Below are positions 45,100 to 56,366 of a DNA stretch of 64,000 bases, one piece after another. Each line of letters starts with the position of its first letter. Within the stretch, counting starts at the first letter, position 1. The position numbers and the translations under genes are program-made. The DNA lies in NCBI GenBank assembly GCA_022571845.1, contig JACZXB010000004.1, positions 101,578 to 165,577 of the forward strand. Reading direction: 5' to 3'. Origin of the DNA: Candidatus Zixiibacteriota bacterium. GTDB lineage: Bacteria; Zixibacteria; MSB-5A5; GN15; FEB-12. The notes below the pieces were generated by a model. The model was not told where the DNA came from. It saw only the letters and a program-made list of their open reading frames with translations, and searched no databases.

Positions 45100-45609
45100 G
45101 TGGCAGAACGGCAGATCGTCAAGTACGGCGATCCCGTATTGCGGGAAGTTTCCGAAACGATTGATACAGTTAATTCGGAAATAAAAGATTTGGTGTCGGA
45201 TTTGATCGACACCTTAAAAGGAGCCAGCGGCCTGGGTTTGGCCGCAGTGCAAATTGGTGTCTTGTTGCGACTGTTCATTATTGATATGACGGCAATCGAC
45301 CCAACAGCTACTCTCAAGGTCTATATCAACCCCGAAATTCTGGAAACGTCCGAAGAAGAGATTGAGTTGGAAGAAGGATGTTTATCTTTTCCCGGAATTT
45401 ACCAGAAAGTCACCAGACCGGTCAGAGTCAAAGTTCGAGCAACTGATGTTGATGGCAACGTTTTCGAAGAAGAGCTCGACGAAATGCCGGCCCGTGCAGT
45501 ACTGCACGAGTATGACCATCTCGAGGGAAAGCTGTTTATCGATCACCTGACACCCCTGGCCAAAACGATGTTAAAAGGCCAGCTTAAGAAATTGGCACAG
45601 GCTTCATAA
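45100..45609 (+). CDS. def: Peptide deformylase
   Basis: Motifs GLGLAAVQIG, EGCLSFPG and HEYDHLEG. Confidence 0.95.
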   Translation: MAERQIVKYGDPVLREVSETIDTVNSEIKDLVSDLIDTLKGASGLGLAAVQIGVLLRLFIIDMTAIDPTATLKVYINPEILETSEEEIELEEGCLSFPGIYQKVTRPVRVKVRATDVDGNVFEEELDEMPARAVLHEYDHLEGKLFIDHLTPLAKTMLKGQLKKLAQAS

Positions 45610-45673
45610 GAGTTTTTTAGATTTTATCTTTTCCCCGCTTTAATTCTGCATTTTTTGCCGCAACATTTTGAAA

Positions 45674-46621
45674 ATGAAAATTGTATTTATGGGCACGCCT
45701 GAGTTTGCCTGCGCGCCGCTAACTGCGCTGCAAAATAGCGAACATACTATTATAGCGGTGGTGACCGGGCCGGACAAACCAGCAGGACGAGGCAAGAACC
45801 TGCGGCCTACCGCGGTTAAACAGCAGGCCGAGCAGTTTGGTCTGCCTGTATTAGCGCCCGAATCGCTCAAAAGTGAAGAGTTCTATCAAGAGCTGAAGAA
45901 AATCGCCCCTGATCTGATTGTGATAGTGGCATTTCGGATTCTGCCGGAGCGGATTTTCAGTTTGCCCAAATTCGGCTCGATAAATATCCACGGCTCGATT
46001 TTGCCCAAATACCGGGGAGCGGCGCCGATTCAATGGGCGCTCATAAACGGTGAAAAAGAAACCGGTCTTTCGTCGTTTCTCTTAAAGAGCAAAGTCGACA
46101 CCGGTGATATTATTTTACAGCAAAAAACAAAAATTGATGATAACGAAAATTCCGATTCTCTCTACAACCGCCTTTCGCAGATGGCCGGTGCGTTTCTGCT
46201 TGATTCTATCAAGAAAATTGAGTCAAAAGATTTCAAACCAGTCAAGCAGGACGAAGCACTATCCACACCGGCACCCAAACTGAAAAGCAGCGATGCTTTG
46301 ATTGATTTTGAGAAATCAGCAGTACAGGTCCACAACCTGATTCGAGGACTTGCCACCAGACCGGGAGCATTTACTTTTTTTCGGGGCAAAAAAATCAAGG
46401 TCTATGCATCCCAGCTCTCAGACAAAACGCCTGAAAATTCGGCTCAGCCGGGTTCGATTCTGTCTGACAAGTCTGAGCTTTTGGTGCAGTGTGACGATTC
46501 GGTGCTTGAGCTTACCAGGCTGCTGCCTGAAGGTAAAAGAGAGATGGACGGCCGTTCGTTTTTAAACGGCTACCGTCCGGAAGCCGGAGAATCGTTTGAT
46601 AATAAAAATTTATCCGCTTGA
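45674..46621 (+). CDS. fmt: Methionyl-tRNA formyltransferase
   Basis: MKIVFMGTPEFA, INIHGSILPKYRGAAPIQWALINGE, and a position directly after def. Confidence 0.9.
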   Translation: MKIVFMGTPEFACAPLTALQNSEHTIIAVVTGPDKPAGRGKNLRPTAVKQQAEQFGLPVLAPESLKSEEFYQELKKIAPDLIVIVAFRILPERIFSLPKFGSINIHGSILPKYRGAAPIQWALINGEKETGLSSFLLKSKVDTGDIILQQKTKIDDNENSDSLYNRLSQMAGAFLLDSIKKIESKDFKPVKQDEALSTPAPKLKSSDALIDFEKSAVQVHNLIRGLATRPGAFTFFRGKKIKVYASQLSDKTPENSAQPGSILSDKSELLVQCDDSVLELTRLLPEGKREMDGRSFLNGYRPEAGESFDNKNLSA

Positions 46622-46642
46622 AAAAGCGAAAAAGGAAACAAA

Positions 46643-48178
46643 TTGAAGAAAGAAATTTTAGTAAACACAACTGAGTTTGAGACGCGCGTAGCTCTTCTCG
46701 AAGACGACCGTCTGGTTGAATTGATGTCAGTGCGGCGCGATGAAAAACGCATAGTAGGTAATATTTACAAAGGCGTAATAAAAACAGTACTGCCGGGAAT
46801 GCAGGCCGCTTTTGTTGATATCGGCCTGGAGGGCAAAGCCGCTTATTTGCATTCGTCGGATATCGGCAAGATGTACGACCACGGCGGCTACGACGATGAC
46901 GATGTAGCAGCTCCGGCAGACATTATCCGCAAACACCGCCGGGCGGGAATAGAAACCGTTTTGAAAACAGACCAGGAAATTCTGGTTCAGGTCATAAAAG
47001 AACAGATATCTACCAAAGGTCCCCGGGTAGCGACGGAGATTTCTATACCCGGACGTTATGTGGTACTTGTTCCTAACGACGACCATATCAGAATTTCAAA
47101 ACGTATTGCTGATTGGAACGAAAAGAAGCGCCTTCGCAAGATTGTCGAAAATCACCGACCCGAAGGATTCGGTCTGATTGTCCGTACTGAAGGAGAAGGT
47201 AAAAAAGAATCCGAGTTTAAGATGGACATCAAACGGGTTCTGAAACTCTGGACCAAGCTCAAGAGAAAAGCAGACAGCTCGACCGCACCGGCTTTGATCC
47301 ATCAGGAAGAAGAGATGCTGGTGAGTATGATTCGCGATGTTTTTAACGATGAAATTGAAAGCTTGGTTTGCGATAACAAAGACGATTACAAAAAAGTTGT
47401 CAGCTATGCCCGTACCATAGCGCCGGAACTTCGTAAGAAAGTAAAAATCTACAAAGGCAACCTGCCGCTTTTTGATACTTACGAGCTGGAATCTGAAATC
47501 GACAAGATGCTTGACCGTAAAGTCTGGATTCGTAAAGGCGCTTATCTGATAATCGACCAGACCGAAGCCATGGTTACAATCGACGTTAACACCGGCCGTT
47601 TTGTGGGCGGCAAAGACCAGGAAAAAACTATTTTGATGGTCAATCTTGAGGCAGCCCGCGAGGCCGCCAGGCAGATACGCCTGCGGGATATCGGCGGACT
47701 GATCATCTGCGACTTTATTGATATGTACAGCCGCGAAAACCGCCGAAAACTTTACGAAGAGTTCAGTCGCTGTTTTCAGCACGACCGTGCCAAGCGCGCC
47801 ATAAACACCGTCACAGATTTTGGACTGATAGAAATGACGCGCGAGCGGGTGCGTGTTTCTCACATGCATCATCTCTCAGAGCCCTGCCCTTATTGTGCGG
47901 GACTGGGAAGAGTGGCATCCAAAGAGACAATGGCCACCAAAATTGAACGTTGGTTCCAGAGAGCCAAAGCAGACGGCAATCTGAAATCTTTCCATCTGGC
48001 AGTCAGCCCGCTTTTGGCGGAAGCCATGAGCGATAACGGCTCTAACAGAATAGAACGGCTGATGAAAAACTATAAGTTCAAAATAAATCTTGTCAGAGAC
48101 ACAACTATTCCCATTCAGGAATACAAAGTTTACAACGCGGAAAATAATCAGGAGATAACTGCCAAGTTTAAGGTCTGA
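46643..48178 (+). CDS. rng: Ribonuclease G/E family endoribonuclease
   Basis: S1 domain GNIYKGVIKTVLPGMQAAFVDIG. Catalytic region TIDVNTGRFVG...EAAREAARQIRLRDIGGLIICDFIDM. Zn-link CPYC. Confidence 0.9.
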   Translation: MKKEILVNTTEFETRVALLEDDRLVELMSVRRDEKRIVGNIYKGVIKTVLPGMQAAFVDIGLEGKAAYLHSSDIGKMYDHGGYDDDDVAAPADIIRKHRRAGIETVLKTDQEILVQVIKEQISTKGPRVATEISIPGRYVVLVPNDDHIRISKRIADWNEKKRLRKIVENHRPEGFGLIVRTEGEGKKESEFKMDIKRVLKLWTKLKRKADSSTAPALIHQEEEMLVSMIRDVFNDEIESLVCDNKDDYKKVVSYARTIAPELRKKVKIYKGNLPLFDTYELESEIDKMLDRKVWIRKGAYLIIDQTEAMVTIDVNTGRFVGGKDQEKTILMVNLEAAREAARQIRLRDIGGLIICDFIDMYSRENRRKLYEEFSRCFQHDRAKRAINTVTDFGLIEMTRERVRVSHMHHLSEPCPYCAGLGRVASKETMATKIERWFQRAKADGNLKSFHLAVSPLLAEAMSDNGSNRIERLMKNYKFKINLVRDTTIPIQEYKVYNAENNQEITAKFKV

Positions 48179-48244
48179 ATCCCGGCAAAATAGCTTACTA
48201 AAAATGTTCTGGCCTGTCTGCTTGCTATTCGTTATAATTCACTT

Positions 48245-48883
48245 ATGCCACAGCAGCCGAACATAACCCGCGAGATTGAAATAAAGCTCGACCTGGCTTC
48301 GTTCACCAATTATCTCAAACTACTGGGGTTTTTGGGACAGATCGAGCACGAAGAGAACCAGCAAAACAGTTTCTTTGATACACCTGAGAGCAAACTCGCC
48401 AAAGCCGGCTGGGCTCTGCGGGTCCGCGCCGAAAAAAAACAAGGACTGGTCACTATCAAAAGCATTCCGGCCAAACCGGGGCTGGCCGTTATACGGCAGG
48501 AGATTGAAACAGTCATCCCCAAGCGCGACGCTATCGATATCTTAAACGGGCAGATGGATGTAATGAGTCTGGAAATTATGCCAATCGACTATATCAAGAA
48601 TAATTTCGGCGTTAAACAGGTTGAGAGACTGGTCAAGTTTGACAACCTCCGTCAGAAAAAACTTTTTAAGATCGAAGATTCCAACTACATGCTGGAGATT
48701 GACAAAACCGAATTCAGCGACGGCTCCAACGATTACGAACTTGAACTGGAATTGTCCGACACCGGACGTATCGATGATGTCGAAGTTGCTTTGCGTCGTC
48801 TGTTTTCGCAGCTTGATATTCCTTTTGTTAAACAGACCGAGAGCAAATTTGCCCGCGCTTTAAAAAAAGCCGGCATTCACTAA
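48245..48883 (+). CDS. CYTH-domain protein (triphosphate tunnel metalloenzyme)
   Basis: N-terminal EIEIKL motif (ExExK). The pattern of alternating charged beta strands. Later acidic ELELELS. Confidence 0.7.
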   Translation: MPQQPNITREIEIKLDLASFTNYLKLLGFLGQIEHEENQQNSFFDTPESKLAKAGWALRVRAEKKQGLVTIKSIPAKPGLAVIRQEIETVIPKRDAIDILNGQMDVMSLEIMPIDYIKNNFGVKQVERLVKFDNLRQKKLFKIEDSNYMLEIDKTEFSDGSNDYELELELSDTGRIDDVEVALRRLFSQLDIPFVKQTESKFARALKKAGIH

Positions 48884-48946
48884 GCATAGCTGCTGCCATG
48901 CCAGATTAAACCCCGGCTGTAAAATTCAATTTTAAATTCAGTCGTC

Positions 48947-49927
48947 TTACAGAATCAGCCAGAGCAGGTCGGTGTAGCCGCGTCTTGAGCCGCCTAAATA
49001 GAAATCGTCCTGGTCATCGAAAAGTCCGATGCGAAATTGGACCGAGTCTGCCATAGGCAAATCTTCCGACCAACCGGTATTAAGTTTTCGTTTCAGGACT
49101 ACTGTTATCTTTTCATTGACTGCATCAAAAGAAGAAACCGTGAAAATATCCCAGCGACTTTGGGCGAGAGCTGAATCAGGATGAACCCTATTTCCGACTA
49201 ATGTATCAATATAATAACCTGGAACAATCTGATTAATAACCCAGGGATCGCCAACATGTTTTGATGTTGAATCGCGGTCTTCAAGATATAGAATTTCTCC
49301 GGTAAAGGCAGCGCCATCCTTATGTACCCAGGTTGGTCTTGAGCCTATTGGGAAATTTGAAAATGCAACTATCTGCCCCCCTGCATCCGTAACGGGAGTA
49401 TCATTGACATTGACCAGAGTACGGCCCTCAGCTAATCCTGCTGGTGCTGTTTCAAGAGACCGCCAATTCCAAACATCGTAAGCACCATTGGGGAGACCAG
49501 AGAACAGAACAAATAATTGATCTTCGTGCGCTTGGGCATTGGTCACAAAATTAACGTTTGTGGGATCACCTGTAATGGAATTGTGGTTTTTTAAGAGATT
49601 CAAATTTTTGTCATCATACTCTATCCTCAAATACAATTCACCGCCACTGACGATAGCTTTGACATAAACAAAATCTGAGACTCTAGTTGAGGCCGGAGCC
49701 GGGAGTTTGGGGTTGTTACTGGTGGAGATATCGAGAACAAACTCAGTAACGTTATCCCAGACAGCTTCATCGACCGACGATAGTGTCGGTGCACCGGCCA
49801 TCGTATTGGCGACCACTCTTACCGGCGGCGGTGGCGGCGGTGGTTCGGTTGGAGCCGGATCGTCGCTGCTGCAACCGCTCCAAACAGCAAAAGATAATAT
49901 GACTGCCATAGGAATTAGCTTTTTCAT
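48947..49927 (-). CDS. Lipoprotein of unknown function (possible DOMON / EB_dh-like ligand-binding fold)
   Basis: Lipobox VWSGC, a poly-Pro linker (PPPPPPP), and a beta-rich body. The fold assignment is speculative. Confidence 0.4.
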   Translation of the reverse strand: MKKLIPMAVILSFAVWSGCSSDDPAPTEPPPPPPPVRVVANTMAGAPTLSSVDEAVWDNVTEFVLDISTSNNPKLPAPASTRVSDFVYVKAIVSGGELYLRIEYDDKNLNLLKNHNSITGDPTNVNFVTNAQAHEDQLFVLFSGLPNGAYDVWNWRSLETAPAGLAEGRTLVNVNDTPVTDAGGQIVAFSNFPIGSRPTWVHKDGAAFTGEILYLEDRDSTSKHVGDPWVINQIVPGYYIDTLVGNRVHPDSALAQSRWDIFTVSSFDAVNEKITVVLKRKLNTGWSEDLPMADSVQFRIGLFDDQDDFYLGGSRRGYTDLLWLIL

Positions 49928-50013
49928 TGATTTTTCTCCTGAAAATTTGCCGATAACTTCTAACTTGTAACAACCTATAATATAAGCAAAAACAGCGAAA
50001 TTTGAAAGAGAAA

Positions 50014-51762
50014 TCAGGCGGTTCGCTTAAGAATTACCATAGTCAGGTCGTCAAAAATATGCTCTGAGGCTGCATATTCACGAACGTTGTCAACTATGTT
50101 TTTAAGCATCTCAGCTGAACTCTTCTGGCTATGCTCTTTTAGAGCAGCCAAGAGCCCGGCCTCGCCAAATTCCCGCCCTTTTTCATCAAAAACCTCGGTG
50201 ACACCGTCGGTATAAAGGACAATTAACTCTCCGGGCTTCAGTTCAACCTGCCCCTGCCTGTATTCGACACCCGGGCTTATTCCCAAAACCTGTCCGCCTT
50301 CTTTAAGATGTTCAATGGTGCCATTTTGCTTCAGGAGAAGCGGCTGATTGTGTCCGCAATTGGCATAAGTGAAAATATGTTTTTCTGAATCGAGCACTCC
50401 GTACACCGCAGTTACGAAATTTCCCGAACCGATAGATTCATACAAAAGTGAGTTTACTTTGCTGCAAATCTCAGAGATGGAATAATTGTTTCTGATTTCA
50501 GCAATCAAGGATGAGCGAAACGAGGCCATGATAATCGCGGCCGGAATTCCTTTACCGGAAACATCCCCGACGGCAACTCCCAGCTGACTGCCCATAATTT
50601 CAATAAAGTCGTAGTAGTCCCCGCCCACCTGTTCTGACGGAATATTTTTACCGGCAATATCGTAACCATCGATGACCGGGTCGGAGTCAGGCAGGAAGCT
50701 GCGCTGAATCTCGCGCGTGATACTCAGCTGATTTTCTATTTTTTGTGCGGCTATTATTTTTTGGTGAAGTCTGGTACGCTCTATACTGATAGCCGCCTGT
50801 GTAGCAAAGGCAGACAAGAGTTCTACCGAATTTTTATCGTAGGCGTTTAAGTTATTTGATTCAAGTGTCAGCACTCCGATAGTATTACCGTCCAGCAAAA
50901 TTGGTACGACTATTTCGCTTTTTGTCTGAGCGTGTACCTTGACATATTGTTCATTTACAGAAACGTCGGATACGACAACCGGCTCTCCTGTCTTGGCCAC
51001 CTGCCCGATAAGCCCCTGACCTATTTTTAGCTGTAGTTTCCCTGCAGATTCCTCGGCATAGCCGATTGTGAATACCGAGCCTATTTCTTTTTTATCAGGT
51101 TCAATCAGGAATACCCCGCCCGCTGAATAGTCTATCACCTTGCGCAGGGACGACAATATTTCTTCCAAAAGCTTGTCGAGCTCGAGCGTGCTGGAAAGCT
51201 TCATGCCTACTTCGAACAAGAGATGTTTCTCCAGCGCTTCCTGCCTGACTTTTCTGTAGAGATAAGCGTTGTCGATTGCCACTGCTATCTGATTTGCCAG
51301 ACCGGTTAGGACGTCCAGGTCAGTTTCGGTAAACGGTCCGTCTTCACGATTGAAAGCTTCGATAACACCTATCATCTGGCCTTTGCCAATAAGTGGTATG
51401 CTTATTAGCGATTTTATGGTGACGCCGGCTTTTTCACCTATCTCTTTTTCTACGTCCGATATATCTTCGCAATTATTTACGATCACCGGCTCTTTGTACT
51501 CAGCAACCTTACCGACAACACCCTGCCCGAACTCCTGATAGAAAACGTCGATTTTGCAGGCCGGGCAATTCATAAACCGGATTTTCATATCGGAGCGACT
51601 GTGGTCAACCCGGAACACTAAAGCAGCCTCGGCCTCTACCGCTGCCGCGACTATAAGAAGCACTTCCTGAATAAGTTCTTCATATTCGAGAGTAGAGTTA
51701 AACCTTCGGGCTGCTTCGAGCAGCAGTTTTTCCATTCGGGTATGTGTGGTATTAGGTGACAT
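50014..51762 (-). CDS. GAF-GAF-PP2C (SpoIIE/RsbU-type) serine phosphatase
   Basis: Two GAF-like domains. PP2C motifs GGDYYDF, VGDVSGKGIPAA and LYTDGVTE. Confidence 0.85.
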   Translation of the reverse strand: MSPNTTHTRMEKLLLEAARRFNSTLEYEELIQEVLLIVAAAVEAEAALVFRVDHSRSDMKIRFMNCPACKIDVFYQEFGQGVVGKVAEYKEPVIVNNCEDISDVEKEIGEKAGVTIKSLISIPLIGKGQMIGVIEAFNREDGPFTETDLDVLTGLANQIAVAIDNAYLYRKVRQEALEKHLLFEVGMKLSSTLELDKLLEEILSSLRKVIDYSAGGVFLIEPDKKEIGSVFTIGYAEESAGKLQLKIGQGLIGQVAKTGEPVVVSDVSVNEQYVKVHAQTKSEIVVPILLDGNTIGVLTLESNNLNAYDKNSVELLSAFATQAAISIERTRLHQKIIAAQKIENQLSITREIQRSFLPDSDPVIDGYDIAGKNIPSEQVGGDYYDFIEIMGSQLGVAVGDVSGKGIPAAIIMASFRSSLIAEIRNNYSISEICSKVNSLLYESIGSGNFVTAVYGVLDSEKHIFTYANCGHNQPLLLKQNGTIEHLKEGGQVLGISPGVEYRQGQVELKPGELIVLYTDGVTEVFDEKGREFGEAGLLAALKEHSQKSSAEMLKNIVDNVREYAASEHIFDDLTMVILKRTA

Positions 51763-51826
51763 GGGCGGGAATATATTAACTAATAGATTGAAAGAAATGA
51801 AAAAATAAATTGAGCCAGTAATTTTT

Positions 51827-52726
51827 TTATTCTTCCACCTCTTTTATGCGCTTACTGATATTGTCCCATATCTCCGGCCAGGATTTGTCAAACCCGGTCT
51901 TTTGGTATTCTTCTCTGGCGCGCTTCAAAAATGAAATTCCCCCAGTGCTATTTCCGCGGGCAAGCTCAATCTCTCCCAAATCCTCGCAAGTCTGACCTAT
52001 GGCAGAATGATTTTCCAGTCTTTCGGCCCAGGCCAAAACCGGACGAAGCCAACTCTCAGCATTGTCGAATTCCCCTTTTAAGCGATAGACCATGCCAACA
52101 TGATAATCCGCAAACAGTTTCTCTGTTTCGCCTGAAAACTGCCAGTGATATTCTCTGGCTTTTTGGTAGCAAACCAGACAGGAATCATACTGCTTATTGT
52201 CGTAGTAAACTCCGGCCAGATTATTCCAGAGCGGTCCCAGCCATCTGTTGGAATGGTGGGCTTCGGCCATTTCAATGCCGACATGGCTCCATTTTATCTG
52301 ATCTTCTCTGCTCTCGGCCACAATAGCAACCATGTGAGCGGCATCAACGGCCCGCCCCCAGAGCGATTTGGCGCTGCAGTATTCAAACATCTGCTCGAAT
52401 GTTTCTCTGGCTGCCTGAGTATTTCCTGCTTTCCATTCAAAACGTCCCTCTACTCCTAAAAACCTCGACCAGCCCAGAGGATCCGACTTATCAGCCCTCT
52501 CCCTGGCCTTATCCAGCCAGTCCTCCCCCCCTCCACTGTCCCCTTTTGCCAATGACAATCTGGCTATTTGAGCCAAGGCCTCGACCTCGACCGGCCGGTT
52601 GAATTCTTCGCGAGCTTTCTGGTGAGCCTTGTCATAAACTGCGAAAGCAGCTTCCATATCACGATCTTGAAACAGAGAATCAGCTTGTTTGAGTAAATCG
52701 CCTGAAGATTTAGCTGAGTCCGTCAT
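51827..52726 (-). CDS. TPR-like helical repeat protein
   Basis: Repeated A/W/Y-rich helix pairs (e.g. LGPLWNNLAGVYYDNKQYDSCLVCYQKARE). Confidence 0.55.
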   Translation of the reverse strand: MTDSAKSSGDLLKQADSLFQDRDMEAAFAVYDKAHQKAREEFNRPVEVEALAQIARLSLAKGDSGGGEDWLDKARERADKSDPLGWSRFLGVEGRFEWKAGNTQAARETFEQMFEYCSAKSLWGRAVDAAHMVAIVAESREDQIKWSHVGIEMAEAHHSNRWLGPLWNNLAGVYYDNKQYDSCLVCYQKAREYHWQFSGETEKLFADYHVGMVYRLKGEFDNAESWLRPVLAWAERLENHSAIGQTCEDLGEIELARGNSTGGISFLKRAREEYQKTGFDKSWPEIWDNISKRIKEVEE

Positions 52727-52936
52727 ATTAATTCCTTTTTCAAATACAGTGAGCCTTAGGATTTACCGAATATACAGCCGCTGACCGCTAAATTCAATCT
52801 AATGAAATTCACTTATTGAGATTGACCCTTAAGATATGGAGTTCTATATTTTCCAATCCTGATGAATCAGTTTATAATTAGCGGTGTAGAAAATATTAAT
52901 ATTCAGTTTTTTGAAAGATTGAACGACAAAATATAA

Positions 52937-53893
<957 letters not shown>

Positions 53894-53902
53894 TATCAAA
53901 AG

Positions 53903-54862
53903 ATGAAAAAGAAAAAAGTCTTTATAACCGGCATTGCAGGATTCGCCGGTTCTTTTTTAGCAGAAGAACTCATTAGTAGCGGCTATCAGGTAAGTGGCTC
54001 GCTGTTTGGTCGGGAGTCTTCGAGAAATATCAAGCATCTCAAAAAATATATAACTACTGTGAAGCTCGACGTCCAAAAGTCAAAAGAATGCGGTAAAATC
54101 TTAAAACAGATTAAACCTGATTATATTTTTCATCTGGCCGCCTTTTCATCGGTGGGGAAATCTTTTGAAAAAGAGAGATTAACTTACAGCATAAACTTTG
54201 ACGGCACACTAAATATGCTCAATTCTGCTCTTGAGCTAAAAAATCTCAAGAAATTTATTTTTGTAAGTTCCGCAGATGCCTACGGACTGTTTAAGCCGGC
54301 GGGCAAAACACTGACCGAATCGCAGCCCTTCAACCCAAATTCACCATATGCCGTTTCCAAAGCTGCTGCCGAATACGCTTGTAGTTACTATGTCAGCAGG
54401 TACGGACTTCCGGTTACTGTTGCCCGTTCATTTAATCATACCGGCCCAAAACAGTCTGATACGTTTGTGGTCTCTTCGTTCGCTCATCAGATCGCTCGTA
54501 TAGAAGCGAAAAGAGCAAAACCGACCATCTTTGTGGGAGACCTTTCAGCCAGACGTGATTTCTCAGACGTTCGGGATATAGTCCGCGGATACCGGCTTTT
54601 GGCAGAGAAAGGGAAACCGGGGCAGGCCTACCATTTCTGTTCAGGCAGAGCTGTCTCGATAAGAAAAATTCTCGATTTGCTATTGAAATTATCCGTCCGG
54701 ACGATTACTGTTAAGACAGATAAAGCTCGTTTGCGAAAAAATGACATACCAGTTTTAAGAGGCAGTTACGAGAAGGCAAAAAAACAGCTTGGATACCGTC
54801 CAAATTACGAACTTTCTGTTACATTGAAAGATATTCTTGATTACTGGAGGAATGAGCAATAG
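53903..54862 (+). CDS. GDP-4-dehydro-6-deoxy-D-mannose reductase-like SDR (Rmd-like)
   Basis: ITGIAGFAGSFL Rossmann motif. YAVSKAAAE (YxxxK). ARRDFSDVRDIVRGY. Directly follows gmd. Confidence 0.65.
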   Translation: MKKKKVFITGIAGFAGSFLAEELISSGYQVSGSLFGRESSRNIKHLKKYITTVKLDVQKSKECGKILKQIKPDYIFHLAAFSSVGKSFEKERLTYSINFDGTLNMLNSALELKNLKKFIFVSSADAYGLFKPAGKTLTESQPFNPNSPYAVSKAAAEYACSYYVSRYGLPVTVARSFNHTGPKQSDTFVVSSFAHQIARIEAKRAKPTIFVGDLSARRDFSDVRDIVRGYRLLAEKGKPGQAYHFCSGRAVSIRKILDLLLKLSVRTITVKTDKARLRKNDIPVLRGSYEKAKKQLGYRPNYELSVTLKDILDYWRNEQ

Positions 54863-55002
54863 TTACCGCTAAAATAAAAAAGAAAGCAAAAAAACCGGCT
54901 GCGGCGGGGACCAAAAAGAAAAAAAATGCCGCCGAGACGCTTATCGCCAGAATCAAATCCCGCAGAGTCAATGTCGGTGTAATCGGACTGGGATATGTCG
55001 GC

Positions 55003-56238
55003 TTGCCCTTGTCGGTTGAGCTGGCTAAATCTAATTTCAAGGTGACAGGCTTTGATATATCAGTTGCAAAAGTCAAGCTGTTAAACTCCGGTAAGTCCGA
55101 CATCGACGATATACGAGATAGCGAAGTTAGTAAAATTATTTCTTCCGGGAATTTTATTGCCACCACAGATCCGAGTCTGTTATCAAAAATGGACATTATC
55201 ATGATATGTGTGCCCACGCCGCTTTCTAAAACAAAAGACCCCGATGTCAGTTATATTCTGGCGGCAGTTAAATGGGTTAAGGAAAATCTTAAAGAGGGCG
55301 CTTTGGTGGTCCTTGAGTCTACCACCTACCCCGGCACAACCCAGGATGTCATACTGCCGATTCTTTCTGAAAACAGACGAAAAGTAGGCAAGAATTTCTT
55401 TTTGGCTTTCTCACCGGAACGGGTAGACCCCGGCAATAAGACTTACACCACCAAGAATACTCCGCGTATAGTTGGCGGCACAACTGCCGCCTGCGCCAAA
55501 GTTGCCAGAGTTTTTTATGAGCAGACGATTCCCGATATTAGAACCGTTTCCTCTACCCGCGCAGCCGAAATGGTCAAGCTTTTGGAAAATACTTTCAGAT
55601 CAGTTAACATTGGTCTGGTAAACGAAGTCGCCTTGATGTGCGACAAGCTGGATCTGAACATCTGGGAAATCATTGATGCCGCGGCCACCAAGCCTTTCGG
55701 ATTCATGCCCTTTTATCCGGGACCGGGTCTGGGCGGACATTGCATTCCTATAGACCCGCATTATCTGTCATGGAAACTAAAGTCTCTTAACTATCTGGCC
55801 AGATTTATTGAGTTAGCCGGCGATATCAACAGCCATATGCCGGAATATGTGGTCGATAGAATCGGAGCGCATCTCAACGAAAAATTTTCCAAATCTTTTG
55901 CAAAATCCAAAATCCTGCTTTTAGGAATAGCTTACAAAAGAGATATCAAAGATGTCCGCGAGTCCCCCGCTCTGGATGTAATGAAACTGCTGGAAAACAA
56001 GGGAGCCAGAGTCTCTTTTAACGACCCGTTTGTAGCTGAAATTGAATGGAACGGCGGCAGAATGAGTTCCAAAAAGCTGTCAGAAGCAGCTATAAAAAGC
56101 GCCGATCTGGTCGTAATTCTTACCGACCATTCTTCCTACGATTATAAGTGGATTGTCAAGAACTCTAAAGCTGTTTTTGATACCCGCAACGCTACTAAGC
56201 ATGTCCGCTCAAACCGCAGCAAGATAGAACTGTTGTAG
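55003..56238 (+). CDS. UDP-sugar / nucleotide-sugar dehydrogenase (UDP-N-acetyl-D-mannosamine/glucosamine dehydrogenase-like); the true 5' end is upstream of the first canonical start
   Basis: Catalytic GGHCIPIDP. The family's Rossmann motif VGVIGLGYVGLPLS is encoded in frame at 54973-55014, that is partly upstream of the TTG at 55003. The frame is open back to 54856, with no ATG, GTG or TTG in between. Confidence 0.8.
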   Translation: MPLSVELAKSNFKVTGFDISVAKVKLLNSGKSDIDDIRDSEVSKIISSGNFIATTDPSLLSKMDIIMICVPTPLSKTKDPDVSYILAAVKWVKENLKEGALVVLESTTYPGTTQDVILPILSENRRKVGKNFFLAFSPERVDPGNKTYTTKNTPRIVGGTTAACAKVARVFYEQTIPDIRTVSSTRAAEMVKLLENTFRSVNIGLVNEVALMCDKLDLNIWEIIDAAATKPFGFMPFYPGPGLGGHCIPIDPHYLSWKLKSLNYLARFIELAGDINSHMPEYVVDRIGAHLNEKFSKSFAKSKILLLGIAYKRDIKDVRESPALDVMKLLENKGARVSFNDPFVAEIEWNGGRMSSKKLSEAAIKSADLVVILTDHSSYDYKWIVKNSKAVFDTRNATKHVRSNRSKIELL

Positions 56239-56366
56239 CACCAATCCCCAAGCTAACTGCTTGTCCGACAAGGCCTGACCTTAAAGTCTGGCTAATTTTA
56301 TAATCAGGCTCAAAGAGAAGCTCATAATGCCGAATTATAGTGAAAACTATACTATTTGCGGGAAAT

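Noticed and set aside
47096-47872. A 258-aa minus-strand ORF.
   Set aside because: It lies entirely antisense to the strongly supported RNase G/E gene. Its sequence is low in information, consistent with a shadow ORF.
54853-54862. A programmed -1 frameshift that would fuse the rmd-like gene to the dehydrogenase frame.
   Set aside because: The only window for shifting (54856-54860, GCAAT) contains no slippery heptamer. The intervening Lys-rich peptide looks like translated A-rich spacer. An indel near the ATG at 54926 or non-canonical initiation explains the data better.
54819-55217. A 132-aa minus-strand ORF spanning the rmd-like/dehydrogenase junction.
   Set aside because: It overlaps two supported plus-strand genes and the A-rich spacer. 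The poly-Phe/Ala content comes from the complement of Lys/Ala codons.
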